A DNA stretch of 22,843 bases from NCBI GenBank assembly GCA_044352465.1, contig JBILDU010000041.1, forward strand, positions 1 through 22,843, in the 5' to 3' direction. The stretch is from Bdellovibrionota bacterium. Lineage in GTDB: Bacteria > Bdellovibrionota_C > UBA2361. Each line of letters starts with the position of its first letter. Within the stretch, counting starts at the first letter, position 1. Shown piece by piece: positions 9,145 to 18,639 of this stretch. A program made the position numbers and the translations under genes. The notes under the pieces were generated by a model. The model did not search any database and had not been told where the DNA came from. It was given only the letters and a program-made list of their open reading frames with translations.

Positions 9145-9981
9145 ATGGCACTCAAGAAGTTTAAACCCATTACCCCCAGCCGGCGGTTCTACACCGTTGC
9201 TGACTTCTCGGAATTGACCAAGAAGGATCCAGAGCGCTCGCTTCTTTCATCGAAGCGTCGCACCGGAGGTCGTAACCATTTCGGCCGTGAGACCGACATC
9301 AACAAGGGTGGCGGCCACAAACGTCGCTACCGCTTAATCGATTTTAAGCGGAACAAGTTTAATATACCAGGTGTGGTAACTGCGATTGAGTACGATCCGA
9401 ATCGTTCGGCTCGCATAGCTCTTGTGCAGTACGTCGATGGTGAGAAGCGGTACATCATCGCCCCACAAGGTCTCCAGGTCGGGTCGAAGATTATGACCGG
9501 GCCAGAGGCTGAGGTGAAGGTTGGCAACGCGCTTCCGTTGAAGAGCATCCCGACCGGCCTGGCTGTGTACAACATCGAGGTAAAGGTTCGTGGTGGTGGG
9601 CAACTCGTCCGCTCGGCTGGAACTTCGGCTCAACTGGTGGCCAAGGAAGGTGAGTACGCACTGCTACGGATGCCCTCCGGTGAGATGCGCCGTATTTACC
9701 TTGAGTGCTACGCGACCGTTGGCGAGGTAAGTAACCCGGAACACCAAAACATCGAGATTGGGAAGGCTGGCCGTAGTCGATGGCTCAATCGTCGGCCCCA
9801 TAACCGCGGAACTGCCAAAAACCCAGTCGACCATCCGATGGGTGGTGGTCAAGGTAAGACCGCTGGTGGTCGTCACCCCTGCAGCCCGCATGGTTTGAAG
9901 GCCAAAGGGAAGAAGACCCGTAATAACAAGCGCACGCAGAAGTTCATCTTGCGTCGCCGAGGTGCGACGTCGGCGTCTTAG
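9145..9981 (+). CDS. rplB: 50S ribosomal protein L2
   Basis: [42 protein letters not shown]. Confidence 0.99.
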   Translation: MALKKFKPITPSRRFYTVADFSELTKKDPERSLLSSKRRTGGRNHFGRETDINKGGGHKRRYRLIDFKRNKFNIPGVVTAIEYDPNRSARIALVQYVDGEKRYIIAPQGLQVGSKIMTGPEAEVKVGNALPLKSIPTGLAVYNIEVKVRGGGQLVRSAGTSAQLVAKEGEYALLRMPSGEMRRIYLECYATVGEVSNPEHQNIEIGKAGRSRWLNRRPHNRGTAKNPVDHPMGGGQGKTAGGRHPCSPHGLKAKGKKTRNNKRTQKFILRRRGATSAS

Positions 9982-10045
9982 TCGGGGGCTAGGTAGCTCA
10001 AAGACCGAGAGAAGGTGATTCGAGGAAAACAGGAGAAAAGAGAAG

Positions 10046-10324
10046 ATGCCACGTTCAATTAAAAAAGGCCCATTTGTTGACCAACACCTAATGAAGTGGG
10101 TCGAGCGGGCTCGCTCGGGCGCGCACAAGGGTGTGATCAAGACCTGGTCACGCCGCTCAACGATTCTCCCTGAGATGGTGGGACTGACGTTCGCGGTCCA
10201 CAACGGGAAGAAGTTCAACGCGGTCTTCGTGACGGAGAATATGGTGGGTCACAAGTTCGGTGAGTTTTCGATAACCCGCACGTTCCACGGCCACAGCGGC
10301 AAGAAGGCTGAGGCGGCTGCGTAA
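10046..10324 (+). CDS. rpsS: 30S ribosomal protein S19
   Basis: [30 protein letters not shown]. Confidence 0.99.
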   Translation: MPRSIKKGPFVDQHLMKWVERARSGAHKGVIKTWSRRSTILPEMVGLTFAVHNGKKFNAVFVTENMVGHKFGEFSITRTFHGHSGKKAEAAA

Positions 10325-10364
10325 GGAGTGTCCCGCAAGGGATCTAATCTAGAAGAGGTGGTTT

Positions 10365-10763
10365 ATGGCTAAAAGCAAGACGGCGAAAGCAGCAAAGAAG
10401 GGGAGCGCCAAGACGAAGAGCTTGACAGGCAACGTCGTGGCGACTGCAACGTTGCGTCACGCACGGGTGTCAGCTCAAAAGGCAAGGCTTGTCATTGATA
10501 TGATCAGGGGTAAGCAACTCGAGCCGGCTCTGCAGATTCTAAGGTTCAGCCCAAAGAAGACGGCGGGCTTTGCTGAGAAGCTGTTGAAGTCAGCGATTGC
10601 GAACGCACAAGAGAATGGGGCCGATCTAGACAAGCTCTGGGTGACCGGTGGCTGGGTTGATATGGGGCGCACTTTGAAGCGCTTTATGCCCCGTGCTCAA
10701 GGTCGGGCAACCCCCATCCGGAAGCGTTCAGCGCATATCACTCTCCAACTCGGAGAGCGTTAA
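10365..10763 (+). CDS. rplV: 50S ribosomal protein L22 with Lys/Ala-rich N-terminal extension
   Basis: [39 protein letters not shown]. Confidence 0.98.
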   Translation: MAKSKTAKAAKKGSAKTKSLTGNVVATATLRHARVSAQKARLVIDMIRGKQLEPALQILRFSPKKTAGFAEKLLKSAIANAQENGADLDKLWVTGGWVDMGRTLKRFMPRAQGRATPIRKRSAHITLQLGER

Positions 10764-10848
10764 AAGGGGCCTTCGCGGGTCAGTTTGCTTTAGTTACCTG
10801 TTTTCGTTAGTATTTGGGGCTTCTTACGTAAGTAAAAGGAAGAGTTGA

Positions 10849-11511
10849 ATGGGCCAGAAGATTAATCCTCGTGGGTTTCGTATCGGTGTGATCGACACCT
10901 GGCAGTCGCGTTGGTTCGCGACGAGGGACTTTGCGCGTTACATCGGCGAGGACATCAAGATTCGGAAGTTCGTCAAGGCGAAGCTCCAAGCGGCCGGAAT
11001 CTCCAAGGTTGAGATAGAACGAGCAGCGGCGCGGGTAAAGATAAACATCTATTCAGCGAAGCCCGGGCTTGTCATCGGCAAGAAGGGGAAGGACATCGAG
11101 GATCTTCGTCGGGACCTAAAGAATTTGGTGCAACGCGAGGTGGCCCTTAACATTATCGAGGCGCGCAAAGCCGACATGGACGCGCAGCTGGTGGCGGAGA
11201 GTATCGCTTTCCAATTGGAGAAGCGTGTCAGTTTCCGGCGTGTGATGAAGGAGTCGGTGGGGCGTGCGCTCCGAATGGGCGCGGAAGGGATTAAGATTCA
11301 TCTCGCCGGCCGGTTGAATGGTGCTGAGATTGCGCGGCGTGAGCAGTACAAGGAGGGACGAATCCCACTGCACACCCTCCGAGCGGATATTGAGTACGGC
11401 ACGGCTGAGGCGAACACGACCTATGGTGTGATAGGCATCAAGGTGTGGGTGTTTAAGGGTGAGAAATTTGCGGAAGGCGAGGCGGTCCCAGTAGAGGCGA
11501 TGCAGCTCTAA
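10849..11511 (+). CDS. rpsC: 30S ribosomal protein S3
   Basis: [33 protein letters not shown]. Confidence 0.99.
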   Translation: MGQKINPRGFRIGVIDTWQSRWFATRDFARYIGEDIKIRKFVKAKLQAAGISKVEIERAAARVKINIYSAKPGLVIGKKGKDIEDLRRDLKNLVQREVALNIIEARKADMDAQLVAESIAFQLEKRVSFRRVMKESVGRALRMGAEGIKIHLAGRLNGAEIARREQYKEGRIPLHTLRADIEYGTAEANTTYGVIGIKVWVFKGEKFAEGEAVPVEAMQL

Positions 11512-11564
11512 GCTGACCTGCAGGTGCGAAGAGAGTTTTTTGATTTTAAGTTTAGGGTGTAACG

Positions 11565-11990
11565 ATGCTTTCACCGAAGAGAACAAAACATAGAAAGCAG
11601 ATGAAGCAGGTCCGTCACCTCAAGGGGACTGAGACCCGTGGATGCGAGTTGGCCTTTGGCGATTATGGTCTTCGGGCGACCGAGAGTGGCTGGATTACCA
11701 ATCGTCAGATCGAAGCCGCTCGTATTGCGATGACGCGGTACGTCAAGCGCGGAGGAAAGGTTTGGATTAAGGTCTTCCCCGATAAGCCGTTGACCAAAAA
11801 GCCCGCTGAGACCCGAATGGGTTCGGGTAAGGGGTCCCCGGAGTTGTGGGTAGCCGAGGTGCGTGCCGGTCGGTTGTTATACGAGATGACTGGTGTCACG
11901 CCGGAGATTGCGCGAGAGGCTTTCAGCCGCGCTGGAGCGAAGCTCCCGCTGAAGACGAAGCTCGTGTCCCGAAGCCAAAACCTCGTCTAA
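11565..11990 (+). CDS. rplP: 50S ribosomal protein L16
   Basis: [39 protein letters not shown]. Confidence 0.99.
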   Translation: MLSPKRTKHRKQMKQVRHLKGTETRGCELAFGDYGLRATESGWITNRQIEAARIAMTRYVKRGGKVWIKVFPDKPLTKKPAETRMGSGKGSPELWVAEVRAGRLLYEMTGVTPEIAREAFSRAGAKLPLKTKLVSRSQNLV

Positions 11991-12020
11991 TTGGGCGAGG
12001 GTGAAAGAAGCGGTGGTGTT

Positions 12021-12248
12021 ATGAAAAAGAATGCGTTTCTAAAAGATATCGAAGGCCTGCCGATGGCGGAGCTCCGTACGAAGGCGAAAGCGATGGCAGA
12101 AGAGCTGATGAAGCTTCGCTTCCGTGGTGCATCAAATCCCCTTGAGCAAAGCCACCGACTAAGGGACCTCCGCCGTAACTTGGCGCGAGTTCAGACCCTC
12201 ATGACCCGGCAGACGAAGGCGGGCTTGAAGGATGTGGTCAAAGGGTAA
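12021..12248 (+). CDS. rpmC: 50S ribosomal protein L29
   Basis: ELMKLRF...[13 protein letters not shown]; position between rplP and rpsQ; ATG 12021 preferred over TTG 11991. Confidence 0.95.
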   Translation: MKKNAFLKDIEGLPMAELRTKAKAMAEELMKLRFRGASNPLEQSHRLRDLRRNLARVQTLMTRQTKAGLKDVVKG

Positions 12249-12268
12249 CGAGAAGAGAGCGAGTAGTT

Positions 12269-12538
12269 ATGGCACAAGCAGAAAAAGCCGAGCGTGGTAT
12301 GCCGAAGTCCCGAGAGGGCACGGTGGTCAGCAACAAAATGAACAAAACCGTGGTCGTGGCGATTACTCGCCAGGTGAGACACGAGGTGTACGGAAAGATC
12401 ATTCGTAAGACGAAGCGGGTTTACGCTCACGACGAGAAACAATGCGGCGTCGGCGATATCGTTCGGATCGTCGAGACACGACCGACGAGCAAGATGAAGC
12501 GGTGGCGGGTTCAGGCCATCGTGACGAAAGCAGTTTGA
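12269..12538 (+). CDS. rpsQ: 30S ribosomal protein S17
   Basis: [29 protein letters not shown]. Confidence 0.99.
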   Translation: MAQAEKAERGMPKSREGTVVSNKMNKTVVVAITRQVRHEVYGKIIRKTKRVYAHDEKQCGVGDIVRIVETRPTSKMKRWRVQAIVTKAV

Positions 12539-12585
12539 TGTGAAGGTGTGGTGCTGACGTTGGTCGGTGCCTGAAGGAGAGAGTC

Positions 12586-12954
12586 ATGATTCAGTTAAAG
12601 TCGGTACTCGATGTCGCAGACAACTCCGGTGCTAAGCGGGTCGTTTGCGTGAAGGTGCTCGGCGGGTCGCGGCGGCGTTATGCATCTATCGGAGATGTTA
12701 TCGTTGTCGCCGTGAAAGAGGCGATTCCGAACTCGAAGATTGCCAAAGGCTCGGTGCACAAGGCGGTGGTCGTACGGACCGCCAAAGAGGTGGCTCGGGA
12801 GGATGGCTCGTTCATCCGTTTCGACGATAATAGTGCGGTGCTCATCAATGCGACCCAGGAGCCGATCGGCACCCGTATCTTCGGGCCGGTTGCCCGTGAG
12901 CTCCGAGGGAAGAAGTTCATGAAGATTATCTCGCTCGCCCCCGAGGTGTTGTAA
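12586..12954 (+). CDS. rplN: 50S ribosomal protein L14
   Basis: [28 protein letters not shown]. Confidence 0.99.
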   Translation: MIQLKSVLDVADNSGAKRVVCVKVLGGSRRRYASIGDVIVVAVKEAIPNSKIAKGSVHKAVVVRTAKEVAREDGSFIRFDDNSAVLINATQEPIGTRIFGPVARELRGKKFMKIISLAPEVL

Positions 12955-12990
12955 TTCGGTATCGAGAGAACGAGAGGGGAAAGGAAGAAC

Positions 12991-13377
12991 ATGAAGGCTA
13001 ATAAAAACAAAACGGCGAAGCGTACGGTAAAGCACAGCATTCGCCGCGGCGACTCGGTGATGATCATCGCCGGGGGAAATAGTAAAAACAGCAAGCGCGT
13101 GCTCAAAGGGCAGGTCGGCAAGGTCCTCCGCTTTGTTGGCGAGGAGCGAGTGGTCATAGAGGGCCTTAATATGGTGACCCGTCATCAGCGCGCCGCGGGG
13201 CCTGATAAGCCAGCGGGGAAGGTGCAGAAAGAGGCGCCGGTGCATATTTCGAACGTGATGTATTACGCCGAGAAGATAAAGCGTCCGGTACGGCTCAAGC
13301 ATAACAAGCTTGCCGATGGGACTACGGTACGGGGATACATCGATTCGAAGACGAAAAAGTTCGAGCAGATTGATTAG
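12991..13377 (+). CDS. rplX: 50S ribosomal protein L24
   Basis: [12 protein letters not shown] (KOW), [16 protein letters not shown]. Confidence 0.98.
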   Translation: MKANKNKTAKRTVKHSIRRGDSVMIIAGGNSKNSKRVLKGQVGKVLRFVGEERVVIEGLNMVTRHQRAAGPDKPAGKVQKEAPVHISNVMYYAEKIKRPVRLKHNKLADGTTVRGYIDSKTKKFEQID

Positions 13378-13434
13378 GGCGAGTTTTGAAGATGCCAGTG
13401 AGAGTCCGTTGGATTTCCCTGGTGAGAGGTCAGT

Positions 13435-13989
13435 ATGAACAGAGTGCAAGAGCATTACAGAAATACGGTGGTCCCGGCGTTAATGAAGGAGTTTAATTAC
13501 TCAACGCCGATGCAGGTCCCCCGCTTGTTGAAAATCGTTCTCAACGTCGGTATCGGCGAGACGACGTCGAACAGCAAGGCGGTTGATTTTGCGGTCTACG
13601 GGATAACCCAGATAAGTGGTCAAAAGCCGATGGTGACTCGGTCGAAGAAGGCCATATCTGCGTTTAAGCTCCGCGAGAATCTCCCCATCGGATGCATGGT
13701 GACCCTCCGGCGCGAGAAGATGTTCAACTTCTTCGATCGGCTTGTAGCTGTTGCCCTTCCGCGTGTACGTGACTTTCGTGGCACTCCTACCCGTGGATTT
13801 GACGGTCGGGGTAACTACACGATGGGTATCAAGGAACAGATCGTTTTCCCTGAGATCGTGACCGACAAGCTCGACAAGATCCGCGGAATGGATGTGACCT
13901 TCGTGACGACGGCGAAGACTGATGAAGAGGGTCGGGCATTGCTCGCTCACCTCGGGTTGCCGTTCCGCAAACCGACCCAAGAAAAATAG
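13435..13989 (+). CDS. rplE: 50S ribosomal protein L5
   Basis: [28 protein letters not shown]. Confidence 0.99.
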   Translation: MNRVQEHYRNTVVPALMKEFNYSTPMQVPRLLKIVLNVGIGETTSNSKAVDFAVYGITQISGQKPMVTRSKKAISAFKLRENLPIGCMVTLRREKMFNFFDRLVAVALPRVRDFRGTPTRGFDGRGNYTMGIKEQIVFPEIVTDKLDKIRGMDVTFVTTAKTDEEGRALLAHLGLPFRKPTQEK

Positions 13990-14018
13990 ATTACTGAAAA
14001 CCAGAGAGAGAGTGACCT

Positions 14019-14204
14019 GTGGCGAAAAAGTGTCTTGTAAATAAGTCGAACAGTAAGCCGAAATTTAGCACCCGGGCTTACATAAGGTGTCAGGCTTGTG
14101 GGCGCCCCCGTGGCGTGTACCGCAAGTTCAAGTTGTGTCGGATCTGTTTCCGACTGATGGCGCACCAAGGACTTATTCCCGGCGTTGTCAAGGCCAGCTG
14201 GTAG
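14019..14204 (+). CDS. rpsN: 30S ribosomal protein S14, type Z (zinc-binding, 61 aa; GTG start)
   Basis: [10 protein letters not shown]...LCRICFR (two CxxC), IPGVVKASW. Confidence 0.98.
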   Translation: MAKKCLVNKSNSKPKFSTRAYIRCQACGRPRGVYRKFKLCRICFRLMAHQGLIPGVVKASW

Positions 14205-14246
14205 GGCGTTGTTGACTGTAGAGAGATTTTAACAACAAGAGACGTT

Positions 14247-14648
14247 ATGGTTACCGATACGATCGCTGATTTGTTGACCCGGATTAGAAACGCGCAGCGC
14301 GCCGGCCACAAGGTGGTGAAGGTTTCATCTTCCAAGATGGCAGCTCGGATTCTCGATGTGTTGAAGGAAGAGGGGTTCATTGGCTCTTACAGGGCTGGCA
14401 AGGCTGATGGAGATAAATTCGAGATGATCGATGTCCACCTGAAGTATTACAGCTCGGGCGCACCGGTTATCGGATCCGCAAAGCGGGTGAGCACGTCGGG
14501 CAAGCGGATATACTCGGCGGCGGAGAAACTCCCCAAGATCCATTCGGGACTCGGGATTTCTATCGTGTCGACCTCGCAGGGGGTGATGTCTGATCGGGAA
14601 GCGCGTAAGCGGAAGATCGGTGGTGAGGTCCTGGCTCAGATCGGCTAA
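14247..14648 (+). CDS. rpsH: 30S ribosomal protein S8
   Basis: IADLLTRIRNA, LKEEGFI, GLGISIVSTSQGVM, GGEVL. Confidence 0.99.
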   Translation: MVTDTIADLLTRIRNAQRAGHKVVKVSSSKMAARILDVLKEEGFIGSYRAGKADGDKFEMIDVHLKYYSSGAPVIGSAKRVSTSGKRIYSAAEKLPKIHSGLGISIVSTSQGVMSDREARKRKIGGEVLAQIG

Positions 14649-14694
14649 CCGGGACTAGCAAAGATAGTTTGATGGTGAGAGGCGTACGAGACTT

Positions 14695-15231
14695 ATGTCA
14701 AGGATTGGAAAGCAACCGGTAGCAGTTCCGAGCGGGGTGACGGCCTCGGTCGAGAGCGGTGCGGTATTCGTGAAAGGCCCCAAGGGGCAACTCCGGTATA
14801 CACCCGGCAGTGGCGTCAAGGTCGTATTTGAGGGTGGTAAGCTCGTCTTAAGCGCGGACACCTCCAATAAGCAGACCAAAGCTGATTTTGGCTCGGCCCG
14901 GGCCCACCTCAACAACATGGTCAAAGGTGTGACCGAGGGATGGAAGCGGGGACTCGAGCTTAACGGCGTCGGTTTCAACGCGAAACTCCAGGGTCAGATC
15001 CTTGTCTTGTCGGTGGGGTACTCGCACGAGGTCAAGATCGAGATGCCGCTGGACGTTAAGTGCGTTATCACCAAGAACCTTATCGAGCTTGAGTCTTTTG
15101 ACAAGAATCTCGTTGGGGTTGTCGCGGCGCGTATCCGCAAGGTGTGTCCTCCGGAGCCGTACCTCGGTAAGGGTATCAAGTATACCCATGAGACCATCCG
15201 TCGTAAGGCTGGTAAGACAGGTAAGAAGTAA
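14695..15231 (+). CDS. rplF: 50S ribosomal protein L6
   Basis: MSRIGKQP, VKGPKG, GYSH, PPEPYLGKGIKY. Confidence 0.99.
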   Translation: MSRIGKQPVAVPSGVTASVESGAVFVKGPKGQLRYTPGSGVKVVFEGGKLVLSADTSNKQTKADFGSARAHLNNMVKGVTEGWKRGLELNGVGFNAKLQGQILVLSVGYSHEVKIEMPLDVKCVITKNLIELESFDKNLVGVVAARIRKVCPPEPYLGKGIKYTHETIRRKAGKTGKK

Positions 15232-15274
15232 GGGATGAGGGGAGCGTTGTGAGACGCTCGCCGAAGGAGAAGTT

Positions 15275-15688
15275 ATGGCGATTCAGGGTAAGAAGGGTCA
15301 AAAAGTCACCGGCCGCGTACGGAACAAGATCAAGATTCGTAAAAAGATCTCTGGTAGCGACGAGCGGCCACGTGTCAGCGTCTTCAAGAGCTCGCTCCAC
15401 ACGTACGCGCAGGTCATTTCTGATGCAACGGCGAAAACGATGGTCAGCGCTTCAACTTTGGAGCAAGAGGTCATCGACGAGATCGCGAAACTCAACACAG
15501 AGGGGACTGATCGGACCGCAAAGAGTACCAAGAGCGTCTTGGCTGCGCGAGCGGTTGGAGTCGTCCTGGCGCGTCGCTCGAAGGTTCAAAAGATTGAGCG
15601 CGTGGTTTTCGACCGGAACGGATTCGTTTTCCACGGTCGAATCAAGGCGGTTGCCGATGGGGCGCGCGAGGGTGGATTAGATTTCTAG
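15275..15688 (+). CDS. rplR: 50S ribosomal protein L18
   Basis: RPRVSVFKS, YAQVI, VVFDRNGFVFHGRIKAVADGAREGGL. Confidence 0.98.
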   Translation: MAIQGKKGQKVTGRVRNKIKIRKKISGSDERPRVSVFKSSLHTYAQVISDATAKTMVSASTLEQEVIDEIAKLNTEGTDRTAKSTKSVLAARAVGVVLARRSKVQKIERVVFDRNGFVFHGRIKAVADGAREGGLDF

Positions 15689-15722
15689 TAGTTCGAAGTA
15701 AGGGTAGCGAGGATAGGAGCAT

Positions 15723-16259
15723 ATGGGCGTTAAAGAGTTGATCGAGCAGCGTCGGGTGTCGGCCGAGCAATGCGGCGAGTTGACCGACAAGACTGTATTC
15801 GTGAACCGTGTCGCCAAGGTGGTGAAGGGTGGTCGTCGCTTCAGCTTCAGTGCGCTCATCGTTACCGGTGACGGTCGTGGTCACATCGGCTTCGGTCTGG
15901 GGAAAGCCGCTGAGGTCCCCGATGCTATTCGCAAGGGGTCAGAGCAAGCTCGCAAGAACCTTGTGAGGGTGCCGATCCGTGGGACAACGATCCCGCACGA
16001 TATCGTCGGAAAGTTTGGTTCGGTGAGTGTGATGTTGAAGCCGGCGGCCCCTGGAACTGGGGTCATCGCTGGGTCAGTCCTCCGTTCCATCGTTGAGATG
16101 GCTGGTATTAAGGACATCCGTACCAAGTGTATCGGCTCAAGTAATCCGCAAAACGTCGTACAGGCAGCTTTCTCAGGGTTGCTGTCGCTCGAGGAGCCGG
16201 AGAATGTCGCGGCTGTGCGGGGAACTAATGTGGAGGCCTTAGGATACGCGCCGTTCTAG
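15723..16259 (+). CDS. rpsE: 30S ribosomal protein S5
   Basis: [36 protein letters not shown]. Confidence 0.99.
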   Translation: MGVKELIEQRRVSAEQCGELTDKTVFVNRVAKVVKGGRRFSFSALIVTGDGRGHIGFGLGKAAEVPDAIRKGSEQARKNLVRVPIRGTTIPHDIVGKFGSVSVMLKPAAPGTGVIAGSVLRSIVEMAGIKDIRTKCIGSSNPQNVVQAAFSGLLSLEEPENVAAVRGTNVEALGYAPF

Positions 16260-16323
16260 TGAGATCGGCAGGTATTGAGGTCGGAGCAGTTTTCAAAGAG
16301 CAGTTGAAGTTTCGATGAATTAT

Positions 16324-16515
16324 ATGAAAGACGGAACGAAGATAGTGGTGAAGCAGACCCGCAGCATCATCGGACGGGATGGTGAGGTGCGTACTACCCT
16401 CAAGGCGCTCGGACTGGGGCGAATCGGGAAAGAGCGTCAGCATACGCTTAATCCCGCCCTCGCTGGGATGTTGCAGAGGGTGGGACACCTCGTCAAGGTG
16501 TTTGAGATTCACTAA
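16324..16515 (+). CDS. rpmD: 50S ribosomal protein L30
   Basis: KQTRSIIGR, TLKALGLGRIG, GMLQRVGHLV; alternative start ATG 16315. Confidence 0.95.
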   Translation: MKDGTKIVVKQTRSIIGRDGEVRTTLKALGLGRIGKERQHTLNPALAGMLQRVGHLVKVFEIH

Positions 16516-16547
16516 GCCTCTGAAGCAGTTTGAGAGTGGAGTGTGTT

Positions 16548-17009
16548 ATGAAATTGTCTGAGCTTTCCCCCGCCCATGGGTCTCGTAAAGCGCGTCGTCG
16601 CGTTGGACGAGGTGAATCGTCTGGAGCCGGTAAGACGTCCGGTCGAGGCGGTAAGGGTCAAACGGCCCGTAACGGTGGTGGTGTTCGTCCGGGTTTTGAG
16701 GGCGGTCAGATGCCTTTGTATCGGCGTACCGGCAAACTGGGCTTCCGTTCACGCCAGAAGGTGCTTGGATTGAACCAGTACCATGTGATCGATGTGGCCG
16801 TTCTGAACAAGTTTGAGGATGGCGCGATGGTTGACTCGGCGGCGCTTCTCGCCCTCGGCTATGGGCGCCACAATCGCAATCGTGCCGGGGTGAAGATCCT
16901 CGGGACCGGCAACCTGACGAAGAAGTTAACGGTGAAGGTTGAGGCGATATCGGCTACCGCGAAAGAGAAAGTAGAAGCGGCGGGCGGCTCGGTCGAGCTC
17001 GTTAAGTAA
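16548..17009 (+). CDS. rplO: 50S ribosomal protein L15
   Basis: RVGRGESSGAGKTSGRGGKGQ, GFEGGQMPL, KILGTG; GGAG before ATG 16548. Confidence 0.98.
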   Translation: MKLSELSPAHGSRKARRRVGRGESSGAGKTSGRGGKGQTARNGGGVRPGFEGGQMPLYRRTGKLGFRSRQKVLGLNQYHVIDVAVLNKFEDGAMVDSAALLALGYGRHNRNRAGVKILGTGNLTKKLTVKVEAISATAKEKVEAAGGSVELVK

Positions 17010-17028
17010 CGGTCCACTTCTGCAACGT

Positions 17029-17076
17029 GCAACGCGCCCCCTGAACAGATGTATGTTCGGGGGGCGCGTTGCTTTT
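17029..17076 (+). terminator. Intrinsic terminator-like hairpin after rplO
   Basis: 19-bp stem GCAACGCGCCCCCTGAACA (17029-17047) / TGTTCGGGGGGCGCGTTGC (17054-17072) with one G-U, followed by TTTT. Confidence 0.75.
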
Positions 17077-17144
17077 ATGGGCGAGTGATTTAAGTTGGCT
17101 CAGCCGCTTTGTCTTATCCCCTGAAAAAATAACTGAGATCGTTC

Positions 17145-17174
17145 TTGTTCGGGGGGGAGTTCCTCTCGTATCAT
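17145..17174 (+). promoter_or_regulatory. Putative sigma70 promoter for secY
   Basis: TTGTTC (17145-17150), 18 nt, TATCAT (17169-17174), between the terminator and secY. Confidence 0.45.
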
Positions 17175-17227
17175 CCCGATGTTTTGGCGGCTTTTAAGCC
17201 GGCCTGTTTAATAGTGAGAGACGCGTT

Positions 17228-18568
17228 ATGTTAGGTGGCCTCGGAGAAGTAGGTAAGATCCCCGAACTCAAGAAACGAATACTTTTTACCCTCTTTATCC
17301 TCGCGGTCTATCGCTTCGGAGTTCATGTCTCAACTCCGGGTATCGATGTCTTAGAGCTGCGTAGCATGTTTGACACCAGCGAGGGGGGGCTTTTCGGTTT
17401 TATCAACATGTTCTCCGGTGGAGCGCTGGAGAACTTCTCGATTTTCACTCTCGGCGTGACTCCTTACATAAGCGTTTCGATCATCGTGCAGATGATGACG
17501 CCGATTACTCCGGCGCTTGAATCGCTCAAAAAAGAGGGCGAGGCGGGCCAAAGGGTCCTCACCCGTTACATTCGTCAAGGGACGATTCTGCTGGCGCTCT
17601 TCCAAGGATACATGCTTGCGCTTGGTTTGGAGAGTCAGGGTGTCGTAGCCGCGCCCGGACTTGGATTCCGTCTTTCGACGATGTTTACCATGACGGCCGG
17701 CACGGCGCTGATGATGTGGTTCGGTGAGCAGATCACCGAGCGGGGGATCGGCAACGGGGTGAGCGTCATTATCTTTGCCGGTATCATCGCTCGGATGCCG
17801 GTAGTTTTCGGCGAAACATTAGCTCAGGCTCGGACTGGGCAGCTCGAGCCGCTCGCAGTTTTGTTTCTCCTCGGATTCACCATTCTGTCGGTAGCGGCGA
17901 TAGTTTTCGTAGAGCGGAGTCACCGACGCATCCCCATACAGTATCCTCGACGGGTTGTGGGGAAGAACCTTGCGCAGGCTCCGACGCAGTACATGCCCTT
18001 AAAGCTCAACATGGCGGGGGTCATGCCGCCCATTCTTGCGTCGGCGTTGTTTGTGGTGCCGAGCACGATAGCTCAGTTCAGCTCGAATATGACTCTCAAA
18101 GAGATCATGGGATATTTGAGCCCCGGGCAGTGGGGACACGACGCTCTGTATGTCGTGATGATTGTACTCTTTAGCTACTTTTGGGTAGCCCACTACTTCA
18201 ACCCGGTAGAGGTATCAGAGAACCTCAAGAAGAACGGCGGATTTATTCCGACGGTGCGCCCCGGGAAAGCGACGGCGGATTATCTGTACGGAGTTTCGAA
18301 TCGCCTAACGTTGTGGGGGGCAATTTATCTCTCAATTATCTGCATCGTCCCGCAGGCGGTATACTTGTCGATGCAGGCGCAGTCCTTCGCATATGTGTTC
18401 GGTGGAACCGCGATGCTCATCGTGGTTGGTGTGACGCTCGACACGGCCTCACAGATCGAGTCACACATCGTGGCGAAAAACTATGAAGCGTTTATGTCGA
18501 AAGGCGCGAAGGTCCGTGGCGGTGCCGGATCGATGAGCCAGATGCGTTCGCGACTCATTCGGCGCTAG
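17228..18568 (+). CDS. secY: Preprotein translocase subunit SecY
   Basis: FSGGALENFSIFTLGVTPYI, GEQITERGIGNG, GFIPTVRPGKAT, FGGTAMLIVVGV; multiple hydrophobic segments. Confidence 0.99.
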   Translation: MLGGLGEVGKIPELKKRILFTLFILAVYRFGVHVSTPGIDVLELRSMFDTSEGGLFGFINMFSGGALENFSIFTLGVTPYISVSIIVQMMTPITPALESLKKEGEAGQRVLTRYIRQGTILLALFQGYMLALGLESQGVVAAPGLGFRLSTMFTMTAGTALMMWFGEQITERGIGNGVSVIIFAGIIARMPVVFGETLAQARTGQLEPLAVLFLLGFTILSVAAIVFVERSHRRIPIQYPRRVVGKNLAQAPTQYMPLKLNMAGVMPPILASALFVVPSTIAQFSSNMTLKEIMGYLSPGQWGHDALYVVMIVLFSYFWVAHYFNPVEVSENLKKNGGFIPTVRPGKATADYLYGVSNRLTLWGAIYLSIICIVPQAVYLSMQAQSFAYVFGGTAMLIVVGVTLDTASQIESHIVAKNYEAFMSKGAKVRGGAGSMSQMRSRLIRR

Positions 18569-18583
18569 GAGATTCAAACCAAC

Positions 18584-18603
18584 GCGCGTTCAATTGAACG
18601 CGC
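18584..18603. repeat. Perfect 20-bp palindrome between secY and adk
   Basis: GCGCGTTCAATTGAACGCGC is its own reverse complement. Confidence 0.9.
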
Positions 18604-18639
18604 TTGGAAAACCAGTTCACCAAGAGACGGAGGCGGTAT

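Noticed and set aside
10330..11525. Small spacer hairpins and 10-bp palindromes (TCCC-GCAA-GGGA at 10331, CTTACGTAAG at 10823, ACCTGCAGGT at 11516)
   Set aside because: Too short to distinguish from chance or ordinary intercistronic stems.
12595..13455. 286-aa antisense ORF over rplN-rplX
   Set aside because: Shadow frame of conserved r-protein genes; no recognisable motif; such ORFs are expected from codon bias.
15249..15680. Alternative-frame + strand ORF overlapping rplR
   Set aside because: rplR is intact in its own frame; no frameshift or overprinting evidence.
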